From an uncultured virus (IMG/VR IMGVR_UViG_3300030333_001670) (lineage: Duplodnaviria; Heunggongvirae; Uroviricota; Caudoviricetes): a stretch of DNA of 64,000 nt. Both the position numbers and the translations under genes were made by a program. The notes beneath the pieces are model-generated. The model was not told the DNA's origin. It was given only the letters and a program-made list of their open reading frames with translations, and ran no database searches. The stretch lies in the IMG/VR virus record IMGVR_UViG_3300030333_001670, one strand, 5' to 3'. Of this stretch, positions 30,937-41,072 are shown piece by piece (the first letter of the stretch is position 1; the number at the start of each line of letters is the position of its first letter).

Positions 30937-31128
30937 ATGTTTGGAGTATTGAATGTTGTAGAGGCATGGAATGAAATCTCATGGGGAGATGCTATTCCAT
31001 TTGTCCTTGTATTAATTGGTCTTTACTGGGTTAAGGTAAAGATAGATACATCTGCTGGTCTAGGTAGAAAGAAAAGCAGACAATTGAAAAAGATTATAGT
31101 TGAGGCAATAAAAGAAGCGAATGGCTAA
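30937..31128 (+). CDS. Small membrane protein
   Basis: Hydrophobic helix 'AIPFVLVLIGLYWV' followed by a basic tail; overlaps the g17 start. Confidence 0.65.
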   Translation: MFGVLNVVEAWNEISWGDAIPFVLVLIGLYWVKVKIDTSAGLGRKKSRQLKKIIVEAIKEANG

Positions 31129-32794
31129 AGCCCAAGACATATACTTAGGTAACCCGAACCTTAAAAAGGCAAACGTTTCTGAGGACTTTACACCTGATCA
31201 GATTCAGGAATATCTTAAATGTGCTGATGATCCAATATACTTTATCAGACAGTACTTAAAGATTGTATCTCTGGATGAAGGTTTAGTCTCTTTTGATATG
31301 TACGATTTCCAAGAGGAAATGGTGCAGAAGTTTCATACTGAAAGATTCAATATAGCAAAGTTACCTAGACAGTCTGGGAAGTCAACAATTGTTACAGCAT
31401 ATCTTTTATGGTATGTCCTGTTTAATCAGAATGTAAACGTAGCAATTCTTGCAAACAAAGCTGCAACGGCTAGGGAAATGCTTGGTCGTCTCCAATTATC
31501 TTATGAAAATTTACCACGTTGGTTGCAACAGGGTATTAACGAATGGAATAAAGGTAGTCTGGAATTAGAGAATGGTAGTAAGATTATGGCAGCATCCACT
31601 TCTGCATCAGCAGTTCGTGGTATGTCATTCAACGTTATATTCTTAGACGAATTTGCATTCGTACCGAATCATATTGCTGACCAATTCTTTAGTTCAGTTT
31701 ATCCTACTATATCTTCTGGTAAGAAAACTAAAGTTATAATCATTTCTACCCCACACGGTATGAATATGTTTTATAAACTTTGGCATGATGCTGAAAGAAA
31801 GAAGAATGAATATGTACCAACTGAGGTTCATTGGTCTCAAGTACCTGGTAGAGATGCTAGATGGAAAGAGCAAACCATTGCAAACACTTCAGAGCAGCAA
31901 TTCAAAGTTGAGTTTGAGTGTGAATTCTTAGGATCAGTTGACACTCTTATTAGTCCTACTGCATTGAGGACTATGACATATGAGGATCCACTTAATGAAA
32001 ACAAAGGTCTAGCAATTTATGAAAATGTCGAGGAAAAGCATAACTACGTTATCACTGCTGACGTTGCAAGGGGCGTATCTGGTGATTATTCTGCATTTCT
32101 GGTGGTTGATACAACAACAATCCCCTATAAGATAGTTGCTAGATATAGAAATAATGATGTTAAACCTATTCTATTCCCTAACATACTGGTAGATGTTGCT
32201 AGAAATTATAATGGTGCATTTATATTAGTAGAAGTAAATGATGTTGGTGGTCAGGTAGCGGATATTATTCAGTATGATTTGGAGTATGATAATCTACTCA
32301 TGTGTGCAATGCGGGGTAGAGCAGGACAACAGGTAGGACAAGGATTCTCAGGTAAGAAGACACAGATGGGAGTCAAGATGTCTACTGCTGTTAAGCAAGT
32401 TGGTTGTTCCAACTTAAAAGTATTAGTAGAAGATAATAAATTATTGATTCCAGATTATGAATGTATTGCAGAGTTAACTACATTCATTCAAAAGGGACAA
32501 TCATTCCAAGCGGAAGAAGGATGTAACGATGACCTTGCTATGTGTATGGTTATTTTTGCTTGGCTTGCTATGCAGCAATACTTTAAAGAGCTTAATGATA
32601 CTGATGTTAGAGCAAGAATCTATAGAGATCAGAGAGAAGCAATTGAGCAAGACATGGCTCCATTCGGTTTTGTGAGCGACGGATTTGAGGAAGAAGTTTT
32701 TAAAGATGCTCAGGGAGATGTGTGGAAGGTTGCTGAGAATTCCGCATCTGTAGGAGAGTACGGGGATAGTTCTTACATGTGGGAGTATAGGTGA
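31121..32794 (+). CDS. g17: Large terminase subunit gp17
   Basis: 'YLGNPNLK', Walker A 'PRQSGKST', Walker B 'IFLDEFAF', 'ISTPHG', nuclease 'ADVARG' and 'DDLAM'. Confidence 0.97.
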   Translation: MAKAQDIYLGNPNLKKANVSEDFTPDQIQEYLKCADDPIYFIRQYLKIVSLDEGLVSFDMYDFQEEMVQKFHTERFNIAKLPRQSGKSTIVTAYLLWYVLFNQNVNVAILANKAATAREMLGRLQLSYENLPRWLQQGINEWNKGSLELENGSKIMAASTSASAVRGMSFNVIFLDEFAFVPNHIADQFFSSVYPTISSGKKTKVIIISTPHGMNMFYKLWHDAERKKNEYVPTEVHWSQVPGRDARWKEQTIANTSEQQFKVEFECEFLGSVDTLISPTALRTMTYEDPLNENKGLAIYENVEEKHNYVITADVARGVSGDYSAFLVVDTTTIPYKIVARYRNNDVKPILFPNILVDVARNYNGAFILVEVNDVGGQVADIIQYDLEYDNLLMCAMRGRAGQQVGQGFSGKKTQMGVKMSTAVKQVGCSNLKVLVEDNKLLIPDYECIAELTTFIQKGQSFQAEEGCNDDLAMCMVIFAWLAMQQYFKELNDTDVRARIYRDQREAIEQDMAPFGFVSDGFEEEVFKDAQGDVWKVAENSASVGEYGDSSYMWEYR

Positions 32795-32805
32795 CGTTTC
32801 AAAAT

Positions 32806-32813
32806 TATAAATA
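32806..32813 (+). promoter_or_regulatory. Late promoter (TATAAATA)
   Basis: Perfect consensus upstream of g18. Confidence 0.8.
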
Positions 32814-32854
32814 TTCTTAGACAAACGATGCACTAATCAAACGGAGTTTTACTA

Positions 32855-35113
32855 ATGGGCGTTTCTAATCAGCTTTCTCCAGGTGTAGTAGTACAGGAAA
32901 GGGATCTTACCACCGTAACTGCTCCAGCTGGTTTTAATATCGGAGTTTTAGCAGCTCCATTTGCACAAGGGCCAGTCGAAGAGATTGTGCAAATCGCTTC
33001 TGAAAGGAGTCTGGTTTCAGTTTTCGGTGAGCCGAATGAGAACAACTATGAGTTCTGGTTTACTGCTGCACAGTTTTTATCCTATGGTGGTATCTTAAAG
33101 ACTATCCGTATCAATGACAGTGCATTGAAGAATGCTGTTGATACAGGTACTGCTCCTTTAATCAAGAATTTACAAGACTACGAGACAACTTACGAGAGTA
33201 GCAATAGCAACGCTTGGACTTATGCATCGAGAACTCCTGGCTTACTTGGAAACTCCCTAGGTATCTTCGCAACAGACGCTGGTCCTGACCAGATTGCTGT
33301 AATCCCTGCTCCTGGATCAGGTAACGAGTGGAGATATGCTGAAGATTTAGCTCTAACTGCTGCATCAGGTGCAAAAGGTAAAGTATATAAGTATTCAATT
33401 CGTCTAACAGTAACAACTCTAGTTGGAACATTCGTACCTGGTGCTTCTACAAGTATCGGAATTGGTGGTTCTGCTGAAGCAGTTGATGTCCTAGCATGGG
33501 ATGCAGGTAACAAGATTCTTGAAATCGGTATTCCTTCAGGTGGTGTTACTGGTATCATCGCTGATGGTCAGACTGTAACTCAAGGAAGTAACACTGCTGT
33601 TATCGGTACTGCTGGTATTACTCGTCTTCTTTACATTGGTAAGGACAAAGCAAGCATCGACTTCGCTGCTTCTGATGCTCTTACAGACAGTGCATCTAAC
33701 GCTGCTACTGTTACTTCAGTAAGAAATGAGTATGCAGAGCGTGAGTATCTACCTGGTTCTAAGTGGATTAACGTTGCTCCAAGACCTGGAACTTCTATCT
33801 ACGCTAACTCAGTTGGTGGAGAGAATGATGAATTACATATCTTGGTTGTTGACGTTGACGGAGAAATTACTGGTAACCCTGGATCAATCTTAGAAAGATT
33901 CGTTGGTGTATCTAAAGCAACTGACGGTAAGTCTTCTGTTGGTGAAGTTAACTACTACAAAGAAGTTATCAAGCAGAAGTCACAATACATCTATTGGGGA
34001 TCTGATGAAGCTGCTCCTTTCACAGGAAACGCAACTGCTTCAGATGGTAACTGGTCACTATCTGCTATCAACCGCAGATTTAACCTACTTCGTTCCGCTG
34101 CTGGTACTACTGCATATCCAAGTGGTGCTATCACAATTGGATCTAAGTCCAACTCAACACACTACTATCGCCTAGCAAGTGGTGCAACATATACAACTGG
34201 CTCAGGTGTATATACAGTTTCTAATACTGACATCGCTACTGCATATGGTTTAGTTGATGACCCTGAATCACAAACAATTGACTTCATCCTTTCTGGACCA
34301 GCTGGTGCAACGGATGCTGCTGCTATTGCTAAGGCAACATCAATTACAAACATTGTTGAAGAGCGTCGTGACTGCATGGCATTCTTCTCACCAACAAGAG
34401 CAGACGTTATTGGTATAACTGACCCTGCACAAATTACAACAAATATAGTTGATTACTTCGACCAGTTACCTTCAAGTAACTATTGCGTATTTGACTCTGG
34501 TTACAAGTACATCTATGACAAGTATAATGATGTTTATCGTTATGTCCCTTGCAACGGAGACATTGCTGGACTAGTACTTCAAACTGCTGAGATAGCAGAA
34601 CCATGGTTCTCACCTGCTGGTTTCTCTCGTGGTGGATTAAGAAATGCAATTAAAATTGCATATTCACCTAACAAGACACAGCGTGATACCCTCTATGCAA
34701 ATAGAATTAACCCTGTTGTTTCCTTCCCAGGACAAGGCATCGTATTATTCGGTGACAAAACTGCTCAAGGATTCGCAAGTGCATTCGATAGAATCAACGT
34801 CCGTCGCTTATTCCTTGTTATCGAGAGAGTTATTAGCACTGCTGCTAAGACACAACTCTTCGAGCAAAACGATGAGGCACAAAGAAATCTCTTCCTCAAC
34901 ATTGTTGAGCCATACTTGAGAGATGTCCAAGGTCGTCGTGGTGTAACAGACTTCTTAGTCAAGTGTGACGAGGAGAATAACCCACCAGCATCTGTTGACC
35001 GTGGAGAATTCTACGCAGAGATATTCGTGAAACCAACTCGCACGATTAACTACATTACTCTAACATTCGTAGCAACAAGAACTGGCGTTTCTTTCGCTGA
35101 GGTTGCTGGTTAA
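32855..35113 (+). CDS. g18: Tail sheath protein gp18
   Basis: 'SPGVVVQERDLT', 'PWFSPAG..RG', 'FDRINVRRLF', 'KPTRTINYI.L.FVATRTG'. Confidence 0.97.
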   Translation: MGVSNQLSPGVVVQERDLTTVTAPAGFNIGVLAAPFAQGPVEEIVQIASERSLVSVFGEPNENNYEFWFTAAQFLSYGGILKTIRINDSALKNAVDTGTAPLIKNLQDYETTYESSNSNAWTYASRTPGLLGNSLGIFATDAGPDQIAVIPAPGSGNEWRYAEDLALTAASGAKGKVYKYSIRLTVTTLVGTFVPGASTSIGIGGSAEAVDVLAWDAGNKILEIGIPSGGVTGIIADGQTVTQGSNTAVIGTAGITRLLYIGKDKASIDFAASDALTDSASNAATVTSVRNEYAEREYLPGSKWINVAPRPGTSIYANSVGGENDELHILVVDVDGEITGNPGSILERFVGVSKATDGKSSVGEVNYYKEVIKQKSQYIYWGSDEAAPFTGNATASDGNWSLSAINRRFNLLRSAAGTTAYPSGAITIGSKSNSTHYYRLASGATYTTGSGVYTVSNTDIATAYGLVDDPESQTIDFILSGPAGATDAAAIAKATSITNIVEERRDCMAFFSPTRADVIGITDPAQITTNIVDYFDQLPSSNYCVFDSGYKYIYDKYNDVYRYVPCNGDIAGLVLQTAEIAEPWFSPAGFSRGGLRNAIKIAYSPNKTQRDTLYANRINPVVSFPGQGIVLFGDKTAQGFASAFDRINVRRLFLVIERVISTAAKTQLFEQNDEAQRNLFLNIVEPYLRDVQGRRGVTDFLVKCDEENNPPASVDRGEFYAEIFVKPTRTINYITLTFVATRTGVSFAEVAG

Positions 35114-35130
35114 ATTAAATAAAAACAATC

Positions 35131-35157
35131 AAGAGACCCTACGGGGTCTCTTTTTTT
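35131..35157 (+). terminator. Rho-independent terminator
   Basis: AAGAGACCC-TACG-GGGTCTCTT followed by a T run. Confidence 0.85.
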
Positions 35158-35209
35158 GTGTCAAAAAAGCGGAAAGTCTAAATAGTTGCAAACGGAGCTA
35201 TAAAAAACA

Positions 35210-35812
35210 ATGGCAATTAGAGGCACTATTGATGACTTTAAGGCAAGTGTTGTATCCGACTTCGCTCGCCCTAACCTGTTTCAGGTGGATTTAAACTTCC
35301 CAACAGGTATAATAAACGACGCAGCACTTTCAAACCTTGGAAAGTTTACAGTTAGAGCTGCTAATTTACCCGCATCACAAATCGGAGTAATTGAAGTACC
35401 CTTCCGAGGAAGAGTATTAAAGATTGCTGGAGACCGTACATTCGAGCCATGGACAATCACAATCATGAATGATTCTGGTTTCGTCTTAAGGAATGCATTC
35501 GAGTTATGGGTTGACGCAATTCAAGCAAGTAATGAAAACTTTACTGCTGCTGGCACATTAGGTGACGACAGTGATTCAACTGGTTACTTTGCAGACATGA
35601 GTGTTTGGCAACTTGCCAGAGACACAGGTGCAACTGTAGCAACAGGTAATAAGACTGAGGCTCCTAAGATTCTTAAAGGTTATAAATTCTACAACGTATT
35701 CCCAAGTAACGTTGCTGCAATAGACTTAGACTTCGGAAGTAACGACGCAGTGGAAGAATTCACTGTTGAGCTACAAGTCCAATACTGGACTCCTGAAGCG
35801 GCTAAGAAATAA
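35210..35812 (+). CDS. g19: Tail tube protein gp19
   Basis: 'ARPNLFQV', 'AANLPAS.IG.IEVPFRGR.LKIAGDRTFEPWTIT', 'EEFTVELQVQYW'. Confidence 0.96.
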   Translation: MAIRGTIDDFKASVVSDFARPNLFQVDLNFPTGIINDAALSNLGKFTVRAANLPASQIGVIEVPFRGRVLKIAGDRTFEPWTITIMNDSGFVLRNAFELWVDAIQASNENFTAAGTLGDDSDSTGYFADMSVWQLARDTGATVATGNKTEAPKILKGYKFYNVFPSNVAAIDLDFGSNDAVEEFTVELQVQYWTPEAAKK

Positions 35813-35828
35813 CCGACTTCCAAACCCC

Positions 35829-35836
35829 TATAAATA
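35829..35836 (+). promoter_or_regulatory. Late promoter (TATAAATA)
   Basis: Perfect consensus upstream of g20. Confidence 0.8.
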
Positions 35837-35868
35837 AGGTAGGGATTTAAACTAAGTCAAAAAATATA

Positions 35869-37470
35869 ATGTCTCAGCTATTTGGTTTTTCGTTAGATCG
35901 CAAGAAGAAGGCTCCAAAGGGGCCTTCCTTCGTGCAAAAAGATAACCTGGATGGATCACAACCCGTTGCAGGGGGTGGTCACTATGGTTACTCTATCGAT
36001 TTTGATGGTCAGGTAAGAAATGAATTTCAATTAATCTCTCGTTATAGAGAGATGGTTCTACAACCTGAGTGTGATGCTGCTGTTGATGATATCGTTAATG
36101 AAACTATTTGTGGTAACTTTGATGATGTCCCAGTAGAATTAGAATTGTCCAACTTAAAGGTTGGAGAAAAGATTAAGAAAATAATGAGGGAGGAATTCCA
36201 AGAGATTCTTCGCTTATTAGATTTTGAAAATAGAAGTTATGAAATCTTCCGTCGCTGGTATGTTGATGGGAGATTATTTTATCATAAGGTAATAGACCCT
36301 AAGAAACCTAGAGAAGGTCTAATAGAATTACGTTACATTGATCCTCGTAAAATCCGTAAGGTTTCAGAGCACGAGAAGAAGAAACAGGATTTAAGACCAG
36401 GATTAGGAATCAATGAGATGTTGACTCAAAGGTCTGCATCATACTACCTATACGATCCAAAGGGTCTGAAGAATCAAACTCCTACACAGGGATTAAAGAT
36501 TGCTCCAGATTCTATTTGTTATGTTCATTCAGGTATCATGGACTTGAATAAGAACATGACGTTGAGTCATTTGCATAAAGCAATTAAAGCAGTCAACCAG
36601 TTAAGGATGATTGAAGACTCTCTTGTTATATACAGATTGTCAAGAGCACCAGAGCGTAGAATATTCTACATCGATGTTGGTAACTTACCTAAGAATAAAG
36701 CAGAGCAATACCTCCGTGAGGTAATGGGTCGTTACAGAAACAAACTTGTATATGATGCTAACACTGGTGAGATTAAGGATGATAAGAAATTCCTTTCTAT
36801 GCTAGAAGATTTCTGGTTACCTAGGAGAGAAGGTGGTAGAGGTACTGAGATTACTACACTACCAGGTGGACAAAACTTAGGTGAATTAGAAGACGTTAAG
36901 TATTTCCAGAAGAAATTATACAAGTCATTAAACGTACCTAACTCCAGACTGGAGACAGAGACTACATTTAACATTGGTCGTGCTGCTGAGATAACCAGAG
37001 ACGAAGTTAAATTCCAGAAGTTTGTCGCAAGATTGCGTAAACGTTTCTCTGAGATGTTTATTGATTTGCTCAAAACTCAACTTGTTCTTAAAGGTATTGT
37101 AACACTTGAAGACTGGGATACCATGAAGGAGCATATCCAGTTTGATTATGTTGCTGACAACTACTTCACAGAATTAAAAGAGATTGAAATCCGCAATGAG
37201 AGGATGAATCAAGTTGCTACAATGGATCCATTTGTAGGCAAATACTTCTCTGTGGACTACATTCGTCGTCAAGTACTTAAGCAGACAGACGTTGAAATCA
37301 AGGAAATTGATAAGCAGATAGAAGAAGAAACTGAAGCAGGTATCATACAAAGCCCTGAAGAATTAGCTGCAATGGAGGCAGGAATTGACCCTGCTGCTGG
37401 CGCAGAAGCAGCTCCTGCACAGGAAGAAATTCAACCTGACCCCGCAGATTTGAAAAGAGCAGAGTTTTAA
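35869..37470 (+). CDS. g20: Portal vertex protein gp20
   Basis: 'FRRWYVDGR', 'IYRLSRAPERRIFYIDVGNLPK.KAEQY', 'EDFWLPRREGGRGTEI.TLPGG'. Confidence 0.98.
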   Translation: MSQLFGFSLDRKKKAPKGPSFVQKDNLDGSQPVAGGGHYGYSIDFDGQVRNEFQLISRYREMVLQPECDAAVDDIVNETICGNFDDVPVELELSNLKVGEKIKKIMREEFQEILRLLDFENRSYEIFRRWYVDGRLFYHKVIDPKKPREGLIELRYIDPRKIRKVSEHEKKKQDLRPGLGINEMLTQRSASYYLYDPKGLKNQTPTQGLKIAPDSICYVHSGIMDLNKNMTLSHLHKAIKAVNQLRMIEDSLVIYRLSRAPERRIFYIDVGNLPKNKAEQYLREVMGRYRNKLVYDANTGEIKDDKKFLSMLEDFWLPRREGGRGTEITTLPGGQNLGELEDVKYFQKKLYKSLNVPNSRLETETTFNIGRAAEITRDEVKFQKFVARLRKRFSEMFIDLLKTQLVLKGIVTLEDWDTMKEHIQFDYVADNYFTELKEIEIRNERMNQVATMDPFVGKYFSVDYIRRQVLKQTDVEIKEIDKQIEEETEAGIIQSPEELAAMEAGIDPAAGAEAAPAQEEIQPDPADLKRAEF

Positions 37471-37508
37471 TTGCTAAATAGTTGTTGTATTGACTAGGAT
37501 TTATCGTT

Positions 37509-37880
37509 ATGCCATCAGATGCAGCCCTTGATATTGTAGATAAAATATTTGGTGACCAGAAAGCTTCGGCTATTGATGCCACCAATGACGCTATTTCAGC
37601 GACTACATATGATTTGATTCAAGCAAAGAAGCTTGAGTTTGCAAAGCAGATGGGCTTTGACCTAGACGACACTGCTCAGGCATCTGCTGATGAAGTAGAG
37701 AAATCTATTGACGGAGTAGGTGATGCTGAAGTAACAGATGTAGATACATCTGGTGTGCGTCTTCCAGAAGATCCCCCAGAAGGTGAGGAAGCTCCTGGAA
37801 CCCCAGCATCAGTAGAGGCATCTGCTGAGACTGATGAAGTAAACCAAGAGGAGGAACCCGAAGATGAGACTGATAGCTGA
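37509..37880 (+). CDS. Acidic protein in the prohead-core (gp67/68) position
   Basis: Very acidic C-terminus; lies between g20 and g21; CTAAATA late-like box at 37474. Confidence 0.6.
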   Translation: MPSDAALDIVDKIFGDQKASAIDATNDAISATTYDLIQAKKLEFAKQMGFDLDDTAQASADEVEKSIDGVGDAEVTDVDTSGVRLPEDPPEGEEAPGTPASVEASAETDEVNQEEEPEDETDS

Positions 37881-38508
37881 AGAAATAACTCAGGTAAAAT
37901 TTCTATCTGAGGAAAAGGAAGGCAAGAAGAATCACTTCATAGAAGGTGTATTCCTTCAGGCTGAACTTCAAAATAAAAATGGTAGGAAGTATCCTGTCAA
38001 GACTCTCGAAAGAGAAGTCGCTAAATATGATGAGCATCATATCCAAAAGGGTCGTGCTCTAGGTGAGTTAGGACATCCCGACGGTCCTAGCATAAATCTT
38101 GATCGTGTGTCCCACAAGATCGAGTCACTAAAGCAAGAAGGTAATAATTTCATTGGTAGAGCCAAGATTCTTGACACACCAATGGGATCAATTGCTAAAA
38201 ACTTACTTGATGAAGGTGTAAGACTAGGAGTTTCTAGTCGTGGGATGGGTTCTCTTAAGAAAGAAGAGGGCTGTAACATAGTTTGTGATGACTTCATGCT
38301 TGCCACTGCTGCTGATATAGTAGCGGATCCTTCGGCTCCAGATGCATTTGTAGATGGAATCATGGAAGGAAAGGAGTGGGTTTGGGATAACGGCTTACTA
38401 AAAGAGTCTGCTGTTGCTCAAATTAAGCAGGAAATTGATGAGGCAACTCTAATAAACTTACAAGAACGGAAGGTTTCCGCATTCAGTAAGTTTCTAAAGA
38501 GTTTATAA
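37864..38508 (+). CDS. g21: Prohead core protease gp21
   Basis: 'IEGVFLQA...N.NGR.Y', 'ALGELGHP', 'GVSSRGMGSL', 'DIVADPSAPDAFV'. Confidence 0.97.
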   Translation: MRLIAEEITQVKFLSEEKEGKKNHFIEGVFLQAELQNKNGRKYPVKTLEREVAKYDEHHIQKGRALGELGHPDGPSINLDRVSHKIESLKQEGNNFIGRAKILDTPMGSIAKNLLDEGVRLGVSSRGMGSLKKEEGCNIVCDDFMLATAADIVADPSAPDAFVDGIMEGKEWVWDNGLLKESAVAQIKQEIDEATLINLQERKVSAFSKFLKSL

Positions 38509-38509
38509 T

Positions 38510-38517
38510 TATAAATA
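38510..38517 (+). promoter_or_regulatory. Late promoter (TATAAATA)
   Basis: Perfect consensus upstream of g22. Confidence 0.8.
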
Positions 38518-38552
38518 ATCAAAGACTAAAGCACTGAACGGAGTAAAAACAA

Positions 38553-39593
38553 ATGTCTGACAATCAGAAATTAGATAATATGGAAGAAGTGTCTGAGGGT
38601 TCTAACGTTGTTACCAAAAATGCTAAACCAGCCGAAAAGATTGACACCTCTGGGTCATCTGATTCTCTGGGTGGCAGTGGTAAGAAAGTTGTCCACGTAG
38701 ATACGGATTCACTTGAAGGAGCCGCTGGCACCAAAAACGCTGGAAAATCTGCTGCTAACTCTGTTAGTGTAGAGAAGGATAAGTCCCTGAAGACGAAGCC
38801 TTCGGACGCATCATCTAAGCAGGAGGAAGTCGAGAATGACGAAGAAGTCATCCAAGAAGAGCCTGAAACCAAATACGACTTTACTGAAGATGTTGACGCT
38901 CTTGTCGCTGGTGAAGAATTATCAGAAGAATTCAGAGCCAGAGCCGTAACGATCTTTGAAGCCGCAGTAACCTCTAAGGTTAACGAGGAACTTAAGATTG
39001 TACAACAAGCATTTGACGAAACTCTGACTGAAGAGACAGAGAAAATCAAAACAGAATTGGCCGAAAAGGTTGATGATTACATCTCCTACGCTGCTAAGAC
39101 TTGGCTAGAAGAAAATGCACTAGCTGTCGAGCACGGTATTAAGGTAGAGATGGCAGAATCATTCTTTGCTGGTCTAAAAGGACTCTTCGTAGAGCACAAC
39201 TTGACTGTGCCCGAAGAAAAATTCAACCTACTTGACGGTATGGTTGGAGAGCTTGATGAGATGGAAGCAAAACTCAATGAGCAAATCGACGCTAACGTCC
39301 AACTCAATAAGAGACTTGGACAACTTACAAGAATGGAAATCGTGAATGAGGTATCAGCAGGTCTTGCTGAAACTCAGAGAGAGAAGCTCGCTTCTCTAGC
39401 CGAGGGTGTTGAGTTTGAAACTGAAGAAGACTTTAGAAATAAGGTCGAGACAATCAAGGAAAGCTACTTTGCTCGCAAGGAAGCAACCGAGGTTGCAGAT
39501 CCTACCGAAGACAAAGGGGAACCCCTTGTGGAAGATACCAATAGCACATCAATGTCTAAGTACGTTGATGCTTTAAGCAATTGGTCTAAATGA
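38553..39593 (+). CDS. g22: Prohead scaffold protein gp22
   Basis: 'LSEEF...A.TIFEAAV', 'VDDY..Y....WLEEN.LAVE.G'; acidic coiled coil between g21 and g23. Confidence 0.93.
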   Translation: MSDNQKLDNMEEVSEGSNVVTKNAKPAEKIDTSGSSDSLGGSGKKVVHVDTDSLEGAAGTKNAGKSAANSVSVEKDKSLKTKPSDASSKQEEVENDEEVIQEEPETKYDFTEDVDALVAGEELSEEFRARAVTIFEAAVTSKVNEELKIVQQAFDETLTEETEKIKTELAEKVDDYISYAAKTWLEENALAVEHGIKVEMAESFFAGLKGLFVEHNLTVPEEKFNLLDGMVGELDEMEAKLNEQIDANVQLNKRLGQLTRMEIVNEVSAGLAETQREKLASLAEGVEFETEEDFRNKVETIKESYFARKEATEVADPTEDKGEPLVEDTNSTSMSKYVDALSNWSK

Positions 39594-39626
39594 TTATAAA
39601 TTAATAACTACTTTTAGAGGAGACAA

Positions 39627-41009
39627 ATGTCACTTAAATCACTCCAAGAAAAGTGGGCACCCGTTCTGAATCACGACGCTCTTCCAGAGATCGGTGATAC
39701 CTATAAGAAAGGCGTAGTCGCACAACTTCTTGAAAACCAAGAAAAAGCAATTAGTGAAGAGGGTAAGATACTTACTGAGACTCTTCAAACCACAGGTTAC
39801 ACTGCTGGCGACACAGCAACTGGTCCAGTTGCAGGTTTCGACCCAGTATTGATTAGCCTAATCAGACGCTCAATGCCTATGCTTATTGCATATGACGTTG
39901 CAGGCGTACAACCAATGACAGGTCCTACAGGACTTATCTTTGCAATGAGAACCAACTACGGTGCAGAGCGTGCTCCAGCCGCTGGTGGTTACGATGAAGC
40001 ATTCTTCGATGAGCCTAACGCAGGTTTCTCTGGTGGTGGTGGAAACACTTACGATCCAGGTGCTTCTTCATCTGCAAACAACGACGCAGAAGGCAACAAC
40101 CCTGCACTTCTCAATGATTCCCCTGCTGGAACATATGAGCAGACAGGTGATGCTACTGGTATGACAACTGCTACAGTTGAAGCTCTTGATGACAGCAATG
40201 CCACCAACACGGCCTTCCGTGAGATGGGATTCTCAATCGAGAAAGTAACTGTTACTGCTCGTGCCCGTGCGTTAAAAGCTGAGTACAGCATAGAGATGGC
40301 TCAAGACCTCAAGGCAATTCATGGATTGGATGCCGAGCAGGAGCTTGCAAACATCCTATCAACAGAAATCCTTGCTGAAATTAACAGGGAAGTCGTTAGA
40401 ACAATCTATACTAACGCTGTTGCTGGTGCTCAAAACAACACAGCTACTGCTGGTAAGTTTGACTTAGACGTTGACTCCAATGGTAGATGGTCTGTTGAGA
40501 AATTTAAAGGTCTTCTATTCCAGATAGAGCGAGATGCTAACGCTATCGGTCAGCAAACTCGTCGCGGGAAGGGCAACATCCTCATCTGCTCTGCTGATGT
40601 GGCTTCTGCTCTTGGAATGGCTGGCGTTCTTGACTACGCTCCTGCTCTTAATGGTAACAACAGCTTGACTGGTGTAGATGATACATCTTCAACTCTTGTT
40701 GGTACTCTTAACGGACGTATCAAGGTTTACGTTGACCCATATTCTGCTAACGTTGCTGATAAGCATTACTACGTTGCTGGATATAAAGGTACTTCACCTT
40801 ACGATGCTGGATTATTCTATTGCCCTTATGTGCCTCTACAGCAGGTCAGAGCAATTAATCCTGACACCTTCCAACCAAAAATTGGCTTCAAGACTCGTTA
40901 CGGAATGGTTTCTAACCCATTCTCAGGTGGTCTTACCCAAGGAAGTGGTGCTCTTACAGCCAATGCTAACAAGTACTACAGAAGAGTACAAGTTGCAAAC
41001 CTCATGTAA
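39627..41009 (+). CDS. g23: Major capsid protein gp23
   Basis: 'EKWAPVL', 'LIRRSMP.LIAYD..GVQPM.GPTGLIFAMR', 'RALKAEYS.E.AQDLKAIHGLDAE.EL', 'FQPKIGFKTRYG'. Confidence 0.98.
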   Translation: MSLKSLQEKWAPVLNHDALPEIGDTYKKGVVAQLLENQEKAISEEGKILTETLQTTGYTAGDTATGPVAGFDPVLISLIRRSMPMLIAYDVAGVQPMTGPTGLIFAMRTNYGAERAPAAGGYDEAFFDEPNAGFSGGGGNTYDPGASSSANNDAEGNNPALLNDSPAGTYEQTGDATGMTTATVEALDDSNATNTAFREMGFSIEKVTVTARARALKAEYSIEMAQDLKAIHGLDAEQELANILSTEILAEINREVVRTIYTNAVAGAQNNTATAGKFDLDVDSNGRWSVEKFKGLLFQIERDANAIGQQTRRGKGNILICSADVASALGMAGVLDYAPALNGNNSLTGVDDTSSTLVGTLNGRIKVYVDPYSANVADKHYYVAGYKGTSPYDAGLFYCPYVPLQQVRAINPDTFQPKIGFKTRYGMVSNPFSGGLTQGSGALTANANKYYRRVQVANLM

Positions 41010-41027
41010 TCTGGGATTACATATTTC

Positions 41028-41057
41028 AAAAGAGACCCTTGACGGGTCTCTTTTTTT
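41028..41057 (+). terminator. Rho-independent terminator after g23
   Basis: AAAAGAGACCC-TTGAC-GGGTCTCTTTT followed by further Ts. Confidence 0.85.
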
Positions 41058-41067
41058 GTGCTATATT
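41039..41067 (+). promoter_or_regulatory. Sigma70-type promoter embedded in the g23 terminator
   Basis: TTGACG (41039-44), 17-nt spacer, TATATT (41062-67) with TG at the extended -10 position. Predicted start about 41073, at the 5' end of the structured RNA. Confidence 0.6.
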
Positions 41068-41072
41068 ATATT

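Noticed and set aside
668..40291. Many minus-strand and alternate-frame ORFs in the track (e.g. 21846-22526, 23238-23864, 24660-25298, 38564-39049)
   Set aside because: They are shadows of long + strand genes with biased codon use, and show no recognisable motifs or expression signals.
31121..41009. Inteins, introns or homing endonucleases in g17, g20 or g23
   Set aside because: The ORFs are of ordinary length and uninterrupted, with no intein or LAGLIDADG/HNH/GIY-YIG motifs seen.
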